Source: a virus
Taxonomy: Duplodnaviria; Heunggongvirae; Uroviricota; Caudoviricetes
Reading direction: 5' to 3' (one strand)
Virus record (IMG/VR): IMGVR_UViG_2728369188_000008
Span: 1-41,423 of that record
Length of the DNA: 41,423 nucleotides
Part shown: one piece after another, positions 9,646 to 19,385 of the stretch
Layout of the letters: every line of letters begins with the position of its first letter
Numbering within the stretch: position 1 is the first letter of the stretch
Notes under the pieces: generated by a model
What the model was told of the DNA's origin: nothing
Databases searched by the model: none
What the model saw: only the letters and a program-made list of their open reading frames with translations
Program-made: the position numbers and the translations under genes

Positions 9646-9903
9646 AAGAAAGCGAATGCAATTACAAGCAACCTCCTGAATCGAATTGCTGTACGTGGTC
9701 AGCGAAAGGTTGCCGACGCGTTAGGGATTAATGAATCGCAAATTTCGCGATGGAAAGACAGCTTTATCCCAAAGATGGCCATGCTTCTGGCTGTGCTGGA
9801 ATGGGGTGTTGAAGACGAGGAGTTGGCGGAACTGGCTAAGCAAGTAGCCAGAATGCTGACAAAAGAAAAAGCCCCGAAGAACGGCGAATTCTTCGAGGCC
9901 TGA
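9625..9903 (+). CDS. cII: CII-like transcriptional activator (non-lambda allele)
   Basis: 92-aa protein; ESQISRWK...[13 protein letters not shown] core resembles lambda CII but flanks diverge; AAGGA RBS; start is the internal Met of track ORF 9565-9903. Confidence 0.8.
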   Translation: MQLTSTRKKANAITSNLLNRIAVRGQRKVADALGINESQISRWKDSFIPKMAMLLAVLEWGVEDEELAELAKQVARMLTKEKAPKNGEFFEA

Positions 9904-9937
9904 TGTAGAAAGACTGGATCAATCCACAGGAGTAATT

Positions 9938-10084
9938 ATGACAAAACAACTCAGTCCTTACCAGGACAAAATTCACAAACACATACTACGTGATCGCTTC
10001 CTGTCCAGCTTCAAGCAGCCTGGTCGATTCCGGGCTGAGTTGGAAAAAGTGAAGCTGATGCAGAAGGAGAAAGGTCATGAGTAA
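9938..10084 (+). CDS. Hypothetical small basic protein (48 aa), translationally coupled to O
   Basis: ATG at 9938 with AGGAG RBS; stop overlaps the O start by 8 nt. Below ORF-track cutoff. Confidence 0.4.
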   Translation: MTKQLSPYQDKIHKHILRDRFLSSFKQPGRFRAELEKVKLMQKEKGHE

Positions 10085-10937
10085 TCTTGCAACCGTAACA
10101 CATTTAAGGCCTTCACAACGGCCTGTGGAGCGTCGTGTGGCAGAAGTTGAAGATGGTTATACCCGTCTTGCAAATGCCCTGTATGAAGAGCTTATCGGCG
10201 CAGATTTAACGAAAAATCAGAGCAAGGTTGCCCACGCCATATGCCGTAAAACATACGGCTACGGTAAAAAGATGGATCGCATCTCTGATAGTCAGTTAGC
10301 TCAAATTACCAGGCTGCCAAGACAGAAGGTAAACAAGGCCAAGAATGAGCTTATCGCGATGAAGGTAATCCTTCGCGAAGGCCAGCAAATCGGGCCTAAC
10401 AAGAACATCGAGGAATGGCAAATCGAAGGGTGTCACTACTCTGGTGATAATGTCACTGCATTGGTGACAAAAAGTGTCACCAAAACGGTGACAGCGCTGT
10501 CACCAAAACAGGGACACACAAAAGAAACTATTACAAAAGAAAAAAGAAATAATAAAAACACTATGTCCGAAAGTGTTCGGACGGAGTGTGAAAAATCATC
10601 TGACCGTCACGAAGAAACCGACAAGGCATTCGAGGAAATATTCTGGTGTGCAGGCATGCGGAAAGCCGGGAAGAAAAACGCAGCTTCGGCATTCAGAACA
10701 CAGTTCAGGGAATGGCGTAAAACTACCAGGGGTACGGCAAGCGAGTTTGCCACGATGCTGGCAGAAGACATCGCATGCAGGAATGGTAAGCAGTTCGGAT
10801 TCGACAGGTTGTTACCATCGAGCTACCTGAACGGTCAACGCTGGAACGACGAGAAGCCAGAAACTATTCAACCACAATCCAAACCATCATCCGCAATCAC
10901 CGTATCGAAAACTGGCTACGTGTTTTTCGACAGGTGA
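10077..10937 (+). CDS. O: Replication initiator O-like protein
   Basis: N-terminal domain resembles lambda O ([14 protein letters not shown]...[10 protein letters not shown]...[24 protein letters not shown]); iteron origin lies inside the gene. Confidence 0.85.
   Translation: MSNLATVTHLRPSQRPVERRVAEVEDGYTRLANALYEELIGADLTKNQSKVAHAICRKTYGYGKKMDRISDSQLAQITRLPRQKVNKAKNELIAMKVILREGQQIGPNKNIEEWQIEGCHYSGDNVTALVTKSVTKTVTALSPKQGHTKETITKEKRNNKNTMSESVRTECEKSSDRHEETDKAFEEIFWCAGMRKAGKKNAASAFRTQFREWRKTTRGTASEFATMLAEDIACRNGKQFGFDRLLPSSYLNGQRWNDEKPETIQPQSKPSSAITVSKTGYVFFDR
10430..10560. repeat. Replication origin: iterons plus AT-rich tract inside O
   Basis: Repeated palindromic units of form GGTGACA-N5-TGTCACC (10462-10517) followed by an A/T-rich run 10520-10560. 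Confidence 0.75.
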
Positions 10938-10940
10938 ACC

Positions 10941-11048
10941 ATGAAATCAAAAATCAAATCGCTACTGGTCGCTGGTTATAACCACGGCTGGTTAAGTATT
11001 TCGTTTGTCGATTTCTGGTTTAAAAATCTCAATCTGAGGGAATCATGA
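10941..11048 (+). CDS. Hypothetical small protein (35 aa) between O and the primase-helicase
   Basis: ATG 3 nt after the O stop; stop overlaps the primase start (ATGA). Below ORF-track cutoff; weak. Confidence 0.25.
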   Translation: MKSKIKSLLVAGYNHGWLSISFVDFWFKNLNLRES

Positions 11049-12925
11049 CGCCAAGTGAACTTAGCGACCTGCTTTGGGCGCAGGTTGACAGGGTGGCTCC
11101 GCACCTGTTGCCAAACGGCAAGAAAGAGGGGCATGAGTGGGTTGCCGGTAACGTCAACGGTGACAAGGGAAACAGCCTTAAGGTCAACCTTAGCGGCAAG
11201 AAAAAATGGGCTGATTTCGCTGAGGGAGACGGCGGTGACATGCTTGATTTGTGGATGGCATGTCGTGGAATTAACCTGCATCAGGCTATGCAGGAAGCGA
11301 AAGCATTTCTCGGTATCAAGGATGACGATCACCATTTCGATGCCAAACGTGAGAAGAAATTCTCCAGACCTGATCGCAAGAAAATCGCCCGCTACGTTAC
11401 CAGAACAGAATCCCATCTTGAGTACCTGCAATCGCGTGGCATATCGCCAGAAGTCGTAAAGCGCTACGAGGTTGTCAGCGGCAAGGTGTGGAATGGAGAG
11501 CGGGAACTGGATGCTCTGGTGATTCCGTACAAACGCGATGGTGAGTTGTTGCAGGTCAAGCGAATCAGCACTGAGCGCCCGGACGGGAAGAAAGTCATTA
11601 TGGCAGAAGGTGATTGCGAACCTTGTCTGTTCGGATGGCAGGCTCTGGACGCTGGCGTGAGGGCGGTTGTACTTTGCGAAGGCGAAATTGATTGTATGAG
11701 CTATGCGCAATACGGCATCTCGGCGTTATCCGTGCCGTTTGGTGGCGGGAAAGGCGCTAAGCAGCAGTGGATTGAGTTTGAGTATCACAATCTCGACAGG
11801 TTTGAGGAAATATTCATCTCGATGGACGTTGATGATGTTGGTCGTGAAGCCGCAAGGGAAATCGCAAGCCGACTCGGTGAACATCGTTGCCGTCTTGTTA
11901 CTCTGCCGTACAAAGACATCAACGAATGCCTGATGAACGGTGTTACCGAGGATGAAATCTGGCAGTACATCGGCACGGCATCCTACTTCGACCCTGAAGA
12001 ACTCTACAGCGCGCGAGAGTTTTACCAGGACACTATCAGCGCTTTCTACGGCAAGCAGCAGTATCTGTTTAATCCACCGTGGGAATCTCTGGCAGATAAA
12101 TTCCAGTTCCGTGAGGCCGAGTTGACGCTGGTCAATGGTGTGAACGGTCACGGAAAAACGGAGGTTGTCGGGCATATGGCACTTGAGGCAATGCGTCAGG
12201 GTGTGAAGACGTGCATCGCGTCACTTGAGCTGAAGCCTGGTATTCTCCTTAAGCGCCTTACCCGTCAGGCGACGTGCTGCAAGATGCCGCCAGTGCTGGA
12301 AATTGACTCTGCATTTAAATTTTATGACGAAAGACTTTGGGTGTTTGGCCTGACCGGAACGGCGAAAGCCGACAGGCTGATCGAAATATTCGACTACGCT
12401 CGCCGCCGATACGGCATCCAGTTATTCATCATCGACAGCCTGATGAAATGCGGCATAGGTGACGATGACTATAACGGGCAGAAAGCATTTGTTGACTCGA
12501 TTTGTGACTTCAAAAACAAAACAAACTCCCACGTCATTCTCGTTACTCACTCCAGAAAAGGAGATAGCGAAGAAAAACCAACCGGGAAAATGGACGTAAA
12601 AGGCTCTGGAGCGATAACAGACCTGACAGACAACCTTTTCATCATCTGGCGTAACAAGGCTCGCGAGAGAGCGTTACAGAGAGTTCAGAGTGGTGAAAAG
12701 ATGTCAGAGAAGGACGAACAGCTACTGGCATCTCCGGCATCTGTTTTGATGCTTGAAAAACAACGTAACGGCGAAGGTTGGGAAGGTGGTGTCCCGTTGT
12801 TCCTTGACGAGCAATCGCACCAGTTCCTGCAACTTGAATCAGGATCGCCATATAGCTACATCGCCAATATGCCGAAATCGGAATATGACGAGGCGTGGAG
12901 ACAGGAAAACGTGACGGAGTATTAA
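11045..12925 (+). CDS. Bifunctional DNA primase-helicase (TOPRIM domain plus RecA-fold/DnaB-like helicase)
   Basis: 626 aa; TOPRIM acidic motifs (CEGEIDCMS, SMDVDDVG); Walker A GVNGHGKTE and Walker B-like FIIDSL in the C-terminal half; occupies the lambda P position. Confidence 0.8.
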   Translation: MTPSELSDLLWAQVDRVAPHLLPNGKKEGHEWVAGNVNGDKGNSLKVNLSGKKKWADFAEGDGGDMLDLWMACRGINLHQAMQEAKAFLGIKDDDHHFDAKREKKFSRPDRKKIARYVTRTESHLEYLQSRGISPEVVKRYEVVSGKVWNGERELDALVIPYKRDGELLQVKRISTERPDGKKVIMAEGDCEPCLFGWQALDAGVRAVVLCEGEIDCMSYAQYGISALSVPFGGGKGAKQQWIEFEYHNLDRFEEIFISMDVDDVGREAAREIASRLGEHRCRLVTLPYKDINECLMNGVTEDEIWQYIGTASYFDPEELYSAREFYQDTISAFYGKQQYLFNPPWESLADKFQFREAELTLVNGVNGHGKTEVVGHMALEAMRQGVKTCIASLELKPGILLKRLTRQATCCKMPPVLEIDSAFKFYDERLWVFGLTGTAKADRLIEIFDYARRRYGIQLFIIDSLMKCGIGDDDYNGQKAFVDSICDFKNKTNSHVILVTHSRKGDSEEKPTGKMDVKGSGAITDLTDNLFIIWRNKARERALQRVQSGEKMSEKDEQLLASPASVLMLEKQRNGEGWEGGVPLFLDEQSHQFLQLESGSPYSYIANMPKSEYDEAWRQENVTEY

Positions 12926-12954
12926 ATGACCATCTACATCACTGAGTTAATAAC

Positions 12955-12986
12955 AGGCCTGCTGGTAATCGCAGGCCTTTTTATTT
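12955..12986 (+). terminator. tR2-like intrinsic terminator
   Basis: Hairpin AGGCCTGCTGGTAATCGCAGGCCT followed by TTTTTATTT, immediately upstream of ninB. Confidence 0.8.
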
Positions 12987-13002
12987 GGGGGAGAGGGGAG
13001 TC

Positions 13003-13443
13003 ATGAAAAAACTAACCTTTGAAATTCGATCTCCAGCACATCAGCAAAACGCTATTCACGCAGTACAGCAAATCCTTCCAGACCCAACCAAACCAATCGT
13101 AGTAACCATTCAGGAACGCAACCGCAGCTTAGACCAAAACAGGAAGCTATGGGCCTGCTTAGGTGACGTCTCTCGTCAGGTTGAATGGCATGGTCGCTGG
13201 CTGGATGCAGAAAGCTGGAAGTGTGTGTTTACCGCAGCATTAAAGCAGCAGGATGTTGTTCCTAACCTTGCCGGGAATGGCTTTGTGGTAATAGGCCAGT
13301 CAACTAGCAGGATGCGTGTAGGCGAATTTGCGGAGCTATTAGAGCTTATACAGGCATTCGGTACAGAGCGTGGCGTTAAGTGGTCAGACGAAGCGAGACT
13401 GGCTCTGGAGTGGAAAGCGAGATGGGGAGATCGGGCTGCATGA
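13003..13443 (+). CDS. ninB: NinB (Orf family recombination mediator)
   Basis: MKKLTFEIRSPAHQQNAIHAVQQILPDPTKPIVVTIQERNRSLDQNRKLWACLGDVS... matches lambda NinB; start is the internal Met of track ORF 12985-13443. Confidence 0.9.
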   Translation: MKKLTFEIRSPAHQQNAIHAVQQILPDPTKPIVVTIQERNRSLDQNRKLWACLGDVSRQVEWHGRWLDAESWKCVFTAALKQQDVVPNLAGNGFVVIGQSTSRMRVGEFAELLELIQAFGTERGVKWSDEARLALEWKARWGDRAA

Positions 13444-13967
13444 CTATCAAATCAAATACGCCAGCACACGACAAGGACTGCTGGCAAACGCCGCTTTGGC
13501 TTTTTGATGCACTGGATATTGAGTTTGGATTCTGGCTGGATTCGGCAGCGAGCGACAAAAATGCTCTGTGTGCTCACTGGCTAACTGAGGCCGACGACGC
13601 GCTCAATTCTGAGTGGGTAAGCCACGGTGCAATCTGGAATAACCCACCGTACAGCAATATCAGGCCGTGGGTGGAAAAAGCCGCTGAGCAGTGCATACAA
13701 CAGCGACAGACGGTAGTTATGCTTGTGCCAGAGGATATGTCAGTCGGATGGTTCAGCAAGGCTCTGGAGAGTGTCGACGAAGTTCGCATTATCACTGATG
13801 GACGGATTAATTTTATCGAACCATCGACAGGGCTGGAGAAGAAGGGAAACAGCAAAGGCTCCATGCTGCTGATTTGGCGACCGTTCATCAGTCCTCGACG
13901 GATGTTTACTACCGTATCCAAAGCGGCATTGATGGCGATCGGGCAGGGCGTCAGGAGGGCGGCATGA
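13440..13967 (+). CDS. Phage DNA N6-adenine methyltransferase (Dam-like)
   Basis: 175-aa protein with NPPYS catalytic motif ([12 protein letters not shown]); start overlaps ninB stop (ATGA); replaces lambda ninC/ninD. Confidence 0.75.
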   Translation: MTIKSNTPAHDKDCWQTPLWLFDALDIEFGFWLDSAASDKNALCAHWLTEADDALNSEWVSHGAIWNNPPYSNIRPWVEKAAEQCIQQRQTVVMLVPEDMSVGWFSKALESVDEVRIITDGRINFIEPSTGLEKKGNSKGSMLLIWRPFISPRRMFTTVSKAALMAIGQGVRRAA

Positions 13968-14146
13968 GGCGACAGCGACGAAGTATCACCGACATCATCT
14001 GCGAAAACTGCAAATACCTTCCAACGAAACGCACCAGAAATAAACGCAAGCCAATCCCAAAAGAATCTGACGTAAAAACCTTCAACTACACGGCTCACCT
14101 GTGGGATATCCGGTGGCTTAGAGAACGTGCGAGGAATACAAGGTGA
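13964..14146 (+). CDS. ninE: NinE
   Basis: [51 protein letters not shown]... matches lambda NinE. Confidence 0.85.
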   Translation: MRRQRRSITDIICENCKYLPTKRTRNKRKPIPKESDVKTFNYTAHLWDIRWLRERARNTR

Positions 14147-14313
14147 TTGACCCAAATCGAAGTTACGAACAAGAAAGCGTCGAGCGAGCTTTAACGTGCG
14201 CTAACTGCGGTCAGAAGCTGCATGTGCTGGAAGTTAACGTGTGTGAGCACTGCTGCGCAGAACTGATGAGCGATCCGAATAGCTCAATGTACGAGGAAGA
14301 AGACGATGGCTAA
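14143..14313 (+). CDS. ninF: NinF
   Basis: GTG-initiated 56-aa ORF ...[54 protein letters not shown] matching lambda NinF; overlaps ninE stop. Not in ORF track. Confidence 0.75.
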   Translation: MIDPNRSYEQESVERALTCANCGQKLHVLEVNVCEHCCAELMSDPNSSMYEEEDDG

Positions 14314-14917
14314 ACCAGCGCGAAGACGATGTAAAAACAATGAATGTCGGGAATGGTTTCACCCTGCATTCGCTAATCAGTGGTGGTGCTCTCCAGAGTG
14401 TGGAACAAAGATAGCACTCGAACGACGAAGCAAAGAACGCGAAAAAGCGGAAAAAGCAGCAGAGAAGAAACGACGACGAGAGGAGCAGAAACAGAAAGAT
14501 AAACTTAAGATTCGAAAACTCGCCTTAAAGCCCCGCAGTTACTGGATTAAACAAGCCCAACAAGCCGTAAACGCCTTCATCAGAGAAAGAGACCGCGACT
14601 TACCATGTATCTCGTGCGGAACGCTCACGTCTGCTCAGTGGGATGCTGGACATTACCGGACAACTGCTGCGGCACCTCAACTCCGATTTGATGAACGCAA
14701 TATTCACAAGCAATGCGTGGTGTGCAACCAGCATAAAAGCGGAAATCTCGTTCCGTATCGCGTCGAACTGATTAACCGAATCGGGCAGGAAGCAGTAGAC
14801 GAAATCGAATCAAACCATAACCGCCATCGCTGGACTGTCGAAGAGTGCAAGGCGATCAAGGCAGAGTACCAACAGAAACTCAAAGACCTGCGAAATAGCA
14901 GAAGTGAGGCCGCATGA
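14306..14917 (+). CDS. ninG: NinG (Rap) structure-specific endonuclease
   Basis: 203-aa basic protein with Cys clusters matching lambda NinG/Rap. Confidence 0.9.
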   Translation: MAKPARRRCKNNECREWFHPAFANQWWCSPECGTKIALERRSKEREKAEKAAEKKRRREEQKQKDKLKIRKLALKPRSYWIKQAQQAVNAFIRERDRDLPCISCGTLTSAQWDAGHYRTTAAAPQLRFDERNIHKQCVVCNQHKSGNLVPYRVELINRIGQEAVDEIESNHNRHRWTVEECKAIKAEYQQKLKDLRNSRSEAA

Positions 14918-15120
14918 CGTTCTCAGTAAAAACCATTCCAGACATGCTCGTTGAAGCATACGGAAACCAGACAGAAGTGGCACGCAGACTGAAATGTAGT
15001 CGCGGCACGGTAAGAAAATACGTTGATGATAAAGACGGGAAAATGCACGCCATCGTCAACGACGTTCTCATGGTTCATCGCGGATGGAGTGAAAGAGATG
15101 CGCTATTACGAAAAAATTGA
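14914..15120 (+). CDS. ninH: NinH
   Basis: 68-aa protein [37 protein letters not shown]... matching lambda NinH. Confidence 0.85.
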   Translation: MTFSVKTIPDMLVEAYGNQTEVARRLKCSRGTVRKYVDDKDGKMHAIVNDVLMVHRGWSERDALLRKN

Positions 15121-15769
15121 TGGCAGCAAATACCGAAATATTTGGGTAGTTGGCGATCTGCACGGATGCTACACGAACCTGATGAAAAAACTGGAGACGA
15201 TAGGATTCGACACCAAAAAAGACCTGCTTATCTCGGTTGGCGATTTGGTCGATCGCGGTACAGAGAACGTCGAATGTCTGGAATTAATCACATTCCCCTG
15301 GTTCCGAGCTGTACGTGGAAACCATGAGCAAATGATGATTGATGGCTTATCAGAGCGCGGAAACGTCAATCACTGGATGCTTAATGGCGGTGGCTGGTTC
15401 TTTAATCTCGATTACGACAAAGAAATTCTGGCTAAAGCTCTTGCCCATAAAGCAGATGAACTTCCGTTAATCATCGAACTGGTGAGCGAAGGTAAAAAAT
15501 ATGTCATCTGCCACGCCGATTATCCTTGTGACGAATACGAGTTTGGAAAGCCAGTTGATCATCAGCAGGTAATCTGGAACCGCGAACGAATCAGCAACTC
15601 ACAAGACGGGATCGTGAAAGAAATCAAAGGCGCGGACACGTTCATCTTTGGTCATACGCCAGCAGTGAAACCACTTAAATTTGCCAACCAAATGTATATC
15701 GATACCGGCGCAGTGTTCTGCGGAAACCTCACATTGATTCAGGTACAGGGAGAAGGCGCGTGGGCATAA
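15098..15769 (+). CDS. ninI: NinI serine/threonine protein phosphatase (calcineurin-like metallophosphatase)
   Basis: GDLHGC, GDLVDRG, GNHE metallophosphatase motifs; matches lambda NinI; start at internal Met (MRYYEK) of track ORF 15023-15769. Confidence 0.9.
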   Translation: MRYYEKIDGSKYRNIWVVGDLHGCYTNLMKKLETIGFDTKKDLLISVGDLVDRGTENVECLELITFPWFRAVRGNHEQMMIDGLSERGNVNHWMLNGGGWFFNLDYDKEILAKALAHKADELPLIIELVSEGKKYVICHADYPCDEYEFGKPVDHQQVIWNRERISNSQDGIVKEIKGADTFIFGHTPAVKPLKFANQMYIDTGAVFCGNLTLIQVQGEGAWA

Positions 15770-16248
15770 GAGAACTAAACCTCACCAAAGAGCAGCACGA
15801 GTGGCTGAATGGCTGGCTTGAACTGTGGGGTGCATGGGTTTATTCAGGTCGTCTGGAAAAGCGCATGAGCAGCGTAATAGCGAAGTTCATGGAGAGCGTA
15901 GAGCCAGGAAGAGTTATGACAAGGCCAATGTGCAATGATGATGATGGAATGTTGATTTCTCAGGTCGTCGATTCCGTCATGTACATTGACAAGAAAGCCT
16001 TTGGCATCCTCCTCAGCTACTACGCTCATGGATCTTCCAAGCACGCCATTGCATCTTACTATCATCGCGTCGCAAGACCTCGCAAGATGTTATGCCGGGG
16101 CGGCGGGCGCATTCAAAAACCATCGCTCGCAACCTGTCGTCGGGAAGTTGACGAAATCCTCAATGCCTCGTTGTTTATGATTTACCCGGTTCTGGATAGT
16201 GCGTTTAAAACCAGGAAACGTGTAGAGAAAATTAAACATGTAGCATAG
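15760..16248 (+). CDS. Q: Late antiterminator Q (non-lambda, QuuD/phage-21-like type)
   Basis: GTG start with GGGAGAAGG RBS; motifs WGAW and MCNDDD resemble what I recall of the E. coli prophage antiterminator QuuD; sits between ninI and the late promoter/lysis genes. Confidence 0.7.
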   Translation: MGIRELNLTKEQHEWLNGWLELWGAWVYSGRLEKRMSSVIAKFMESVEPGRVMTRPMCNDDDGMLISQVVDSVMYIDKKAFGILLSYYAHGSSKHAIASYYHRVARPRKMLCRGGGRIQKPSLATCRREVDEILNASLFMIYPVLDSAFKTRKRVEKIKHVA

Positions 16249-16254
16249 AACGTG

Positions 16255-16340
16255 TTGACATCATTGAGCAAATGAGCAACACTATTCGCATAAGCTGCCG
16301 TTAGTGACTCTTAAGTTGCAACGGTGGCTTTTTTTGTTTG
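16255..16340 (+). promoter_or_regulatory. Candidate late promoter PR' / qut region ending in a tR'-like terminator
   Basis: TTGACA at 16255-16260 right after the Q stop; hairpin 16296-16329 followed by TTTTTTTGTTTG; downstream sequence to S is lambda-like. Confidence 0.5.
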
Positions 16341-16772
16341 CACAACAGGTAAGAGCATTGAGTCGATAATCGTGAAGAGTCGGCGAGCCTGGTTAGCCAG
16401 TGCTCTTTCCGTTGTGGTGAATGCACAGGCTGATGTGCAAGGGCAAGAATCTTTCGCTGGATTCGGTGTGGCCACGTAGCCCGCTGTAGGCAGTTGCAGC
16501 AAACCGGAGATCAGCACCGGTCGCCACAATCCAAACTGAGCGTAGCCACTGGCTATCCTGAATTCATCAGTGATAGTTACGCTGCGGCCTTCTACACATG
16601 ACCTTCGTGAAAGCGGGTGGCAAGAAGTTGCGCTAACAACCTCCTGCCGTTTTGCCCGTGCATATCGGTCACGAACAAATCTGATTACTAAACACAGTAG
16701 CCTGGATTTGTTCTATCAGTAACCGACCTTATTCCTAATTAAATAGAGCAAATCCCCTTCTGGGGGTAAGAC

Positions 16773-17096
16773 ATGAAGATGCCAGAAAAACATGACCTGT
16801 TAGCTGCCATTCTCGCGGCAAAGGAACAAGGCATCGGGGCAATCCTTGCGTTTGCAATGGCGTACCTTCGCGGAAGATATAATGGCGGTGCGTTTACAAA
16901 AACAGTAATCGACGCAACGATGTGCGCCATTATCGCCTGGTTCATTCGTGACCTTCTCGACTTCGCTGGACTAAGTAGCAATCTCGCTTATATAACGAGC
17001 GTGTTTATCGGCTACATCGGTACTGACTCGATTGGTTCGCTTATCAAACGCTTCGCTGCTAAAAAAGCCGGAGTAGAAGATGGTGGAAATCAATAA
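16773..17096 (+). CDS. S: Holin S (class I, dual-start S107/S105)
   Basis: [39 protein letters not shown]... matches lambda S with Met1/Met3 dual start. Confidence 0.95.
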   Translation: MKMPEKHDLLAAILAAKEQGIGAILAFAMAYLRGRYNGGAFTKTVIDATMCAIIAWFIRDLLDFAGLSSNLAYITSVFIGYIGTDSIGSLIKRFAAKKAGVEDGGNQ

Positions 17097-17556
17097 TCAA
17101 CGTAAGGCGTTCCTCGATATGCTGGCGTGGTCAGAGGGAACTGATAACGGACGTCAGAAAACCAGAAATCATGGTTATGACGTCATTGTTGGCGGAGAGC
17201 TATTTACCGATTACTCCGATCACCCTCGCAAACTTGTCACGCTAAACCCAAAACTCAAATCAACAGCAGCAGGACGTTACCAGCTTCTTTCCCGTTGGTG
17301 GGATGCCTATCGTAAGCAGCTTGGCCTGAAAGACTTCTCTCCCAAAAGCCAGGATGCTGTTGCGCTGCAGCAGATTAAGGAACGTGGCGCTTTGCCGATG
17401 ATTGATCGCGGTGATATCCGTCAGGCAATCGACCGTTGCAGCAATATCTGGGCTTCACTGCCTGGCGCTGGTTATGGTCAGTTCGAGCATAAGGCTGACA
17501 GCCTGATTGCAAAATTCAAAGAGGCTGGCGGAACGGTCAGAGAGATTGAGGTATGA
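17080..17556 (+). CDS. R: Endolysin R (lytic transglycosylase)
   Basis: 158-aa protein [39 protein letters not shown]... matches lambda R. Confidence 0.95.
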   Translation: MVEINNQRKAFLDMLAWSEGTDNGRQKTRNHGYDVIVGGELFTDYSDHPRKLVTLNPKLKSTAAGRYQLLSRWWDAYRKQLGLKDFSPKSQDAVALQQIKERGALPMIDRGDIRQAIDRCSNIWASLPGAGYGQFEHKADSLIAKFKEAGGTVREIEV

Positions 17557-17990
17557 GCAGATTAACCGCGATTATCTCCGCTCTGGTTATCTGCATCATC
17601 GTTTGCCTGTCATGGGCTGTTAATCATTACCGTGATAACGCCATCGCCTACAAAGAGCAGCGCGATAAGGCCGCATCCATTATCGCTGACATGCAGAAGC
17701 GTCAACGTGATGTAGCAGAACTCGACGCCAGATATACAAAGGAGCTTGCTGATGCTAACGCGACTATCGAAAGTCTCCGTGCTGATGTTTCTGCTGGTCG
17801 TAAGCGCCTGCAAGTCGCCGCCACCTGTGCAAAGTCAACGACCGGAGCCAGCAGCATGGGCGATGGAGAAAGCCCAAGACTTACAGCAGATGCTGAACTC
17901 AATTATTACCGTCTCCGAAGTGGAATCGACAAGATAACCGCGCAGGTTAACTATCTGCAGGAGTACATCAGGACTCAGTGCCTGAAATAA
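17553..17990 (+). CDS. Rz: Spanin inner-membrane subunit Rz (i-spanin)
   Basis: N-terminal TM segment then coiled-coil; N-terminal third matches lambda Rz, remainder diverged. Confidence 0.85.
   Translation: MSRLTAIISALVICIIVCLSWAVNHYRDNAIAYKEQRDKAASIIADMQKRQRDVAELDARYTKELADANATIESLRADVSAGRKRLQVAATCAKSTTGASSMGDGESPRLTADAELNYYRLRSGIDKITAQVNYLQEYIRTQCLK
17746..17937 (+). CDS. Rz1: Spanin outer-membrane lipoprotein Rz1 (o-spanin), embedded in the +1 frame of Rz
   Basis: Signal peptide with lipobox LVVSAC followed by a Pro-rich mature region; entirely inside Rz. Confidence 0.75.
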   Translation: MLMLTRLSKVSVLMFLLVVSACKSPPPVQSQRPEPAAWAMEKAQDLQQMLNSIITVSEVESTR

Positions 17991-18021
17991 TTTTTTTGCA
18001 AATCACAAAGTCAATTTAATG

Positions 18022-18047
18022 AGCCTCGCGATGCGGGGCTTTTTTAT
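18022..18047 (+). terminator. Intrinsic terminator after the lysis cassette
   Basis: Hairpin AGCCTCGCGATGCGGGGCT followed by TTTTTT. Confidence 0.65.
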
Positions 18048-18192
18048 GTCCGCAGTAAACGCGCTTCACACGCGCGACTTATGAACACAGAACCTTTCAG
18101 GATGACCCTTGAGGATGCCGGTTTGGTGATCGGTGCCTTTCTGTGGGCCGGAATCCTGTGTGACAAGGTTCATCACTAAAAGGTGATCACTG

Positions 18193-18723
18193 ATGAAGTA
18201 CCCAACAGTTATTATCAATGGTGTGTCCGTTCGTGTTGATGAGGATGGACGCTACAACTTAAACGATCTCCATGCAGCAGCAGTTGCAAATGGAGAGGCT
18301 ACAGAGCAACAGCGCCCAAGCCAGTTTTTGCGTAGCGCGCAGATAAAACGCTTCATAAAAGCACTGGAGGCCAAAGTGCAAAAAAGCACTTTGGAACAAA
18401 TTCAACCACTTAAAATAATCAAAGGTGGTGTAGAACCCGGTGTGTGGGGTGTTGAACTTCTGGCAATCAGATATGCAGCATGGATTAAGCCGGAATTTGA
18501 AATCGAAGTTTATGAAGTTTTCAAAACGGTTGTCCGTCTCGGCGTTGGCGCAATGTCCCGTCTGAATAGAATCGATCACATCATCAATACTGAAACCAAA
18601 GCGATAAGCCAGTGCGCAAGCCAAATGGCTAAGTGGGGCGTTGGTGGGCGAAAAAGATTGCTTCATGTTGCACGTGAGAGAGCGGCAAATGAAGTGCAAA
18701 TGTATTTGCCCGGAATGGTGTGA
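18193..18723 (+). CDS. KilA-N domain protein
   Basis: N-terminal INGVSVRVDEDGRYNLNDL and GVWGVELLAIRYAAWIKPEFEIEVYEVF fit the KilA-N/APSES pattern. Confidence 0.65.
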   Translation: MKYPTVIINGVSVRVDEDGRYNLNDLHAAAVANGEATEQQRPSQFLRSAQIKRFIKALEAKVQKSTLEQIQPLKIIKGGVEPGVWGVELLAIRYAAWIKPEFEIEVYEVFKTVVRLGVGAMSRLNRIDHIINTETKAISQCASQMAKWGVGGRKRLLHVARERAANEVQMYLPGMV

Positions 18724-18910
18724 TTTCGCAGGTTAATCCAGTTTTTGCATTACGGCAGTACAGCGAAGCAACACAAGCCAGAAAGTGGGGAAATAACACT
18801 GGCAGCCACTGAAAGATGAACCTCCTGCCTTATGGCAAAAAAGATTCTTTGTGGTGGCGGACTGATGGAAAGACATCCTAATCAAGCAACTACTCTACAG
18901 GGTCATAATT

Positions 18911-19282
18911 ATGAACGACAAGCAAATTGAAAAAGAAATCGCAGCCAAGGGTAAGACGGCGGCTCGCGTTACTCCTGAACACATTGCCAGCATAATCGCC
19001 AGCGAACATTACTTTACGGCCGCTGATGGTGCTCGCTTTGCTCATGTGCAGAGAAGCGAAACATACAGCGTAAAAATCCCAGACCAGCCTGACGAGCTGG
19101 AGCTGCTGACATTCTGCGTTCTGGTGCTGAGGAATGGCTTTACGGTCACCGGGGAAAGCGCCTGCGCCAGCCCAGAGAACTTCGATGAAGAAATCGGGCG
19201 CAAGATTGCTCGCCAGAATGCTGTAAACAAAATCTGGATGCTTGAAGGTTACTTGCTGAAGCAGAAGCTAAGCGAACAGTAG
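18911..19282 (+). CDS. Hypothetical phage protein (123 aa)
   Basis: ORF between lysis and packaging modules; no motif recognised. Confidence 0.5.
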   Translation: MNDKQIEKEIAAKGKTAARVTPEHIASIIASEHYFTAADGARFAHVQRSETYSVKIPDQPDELELLTFCVLVLRNGFTVTGESACASPENFDEEIGRKIARQNAVNKIWMLEGYLLKQKLSEQ

Positions 19283-19385
19283 TTATTACAAAAGCCATTC
19301 CCTACAGAGTGGCTTTGATAATGGCTTATACCCTACACGGGATAACTTAACTGATATCCCTTTTAACGGATAAACGGAGCCAACA

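Noticed and set aside
9658-9671. Perfect TTGC-N6-TTGC on the minus strand inside cII (codons 12-16) as the PRE CII box
   Set aside because: A near-perfect TTGC-N6-TTGT lies 26 bp upstream at the exact lambda-equivalent offset from the cII ATG, which is the more parsimonious site; the downstream repeat may be coincidental.
10976-12175. Minus-strand ORFs of 244 aa and 149 aa antisense to the primase-helicase gene
   Set aside because: Overlap a strongly supported plus-strand gene with catalytic motifs; low-complexity Ser/Leu/Arg-rich translations.
12926-13006. 26-aa ORF (MTIYITELITGLLVIAGLFIWGRGES) between the primase-helicase and ninB
   Set aside because: Its hydrophobic core is simply the translation of the tR2 terminator hairpin; most likely non-coding.
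13574-14155. 193-aa minus-strand ORF across the methyltransferase and ninE
   Set aside because: Opposite strand of tightly coupled, recognisable nin genes; no start context.
16311-16529. 72-aa minus-strand ORF between the late terminator and S
   Set aside because: Sits in the lambda-like non-coding late leader; no RBS and the wrong orientation for the late operon.
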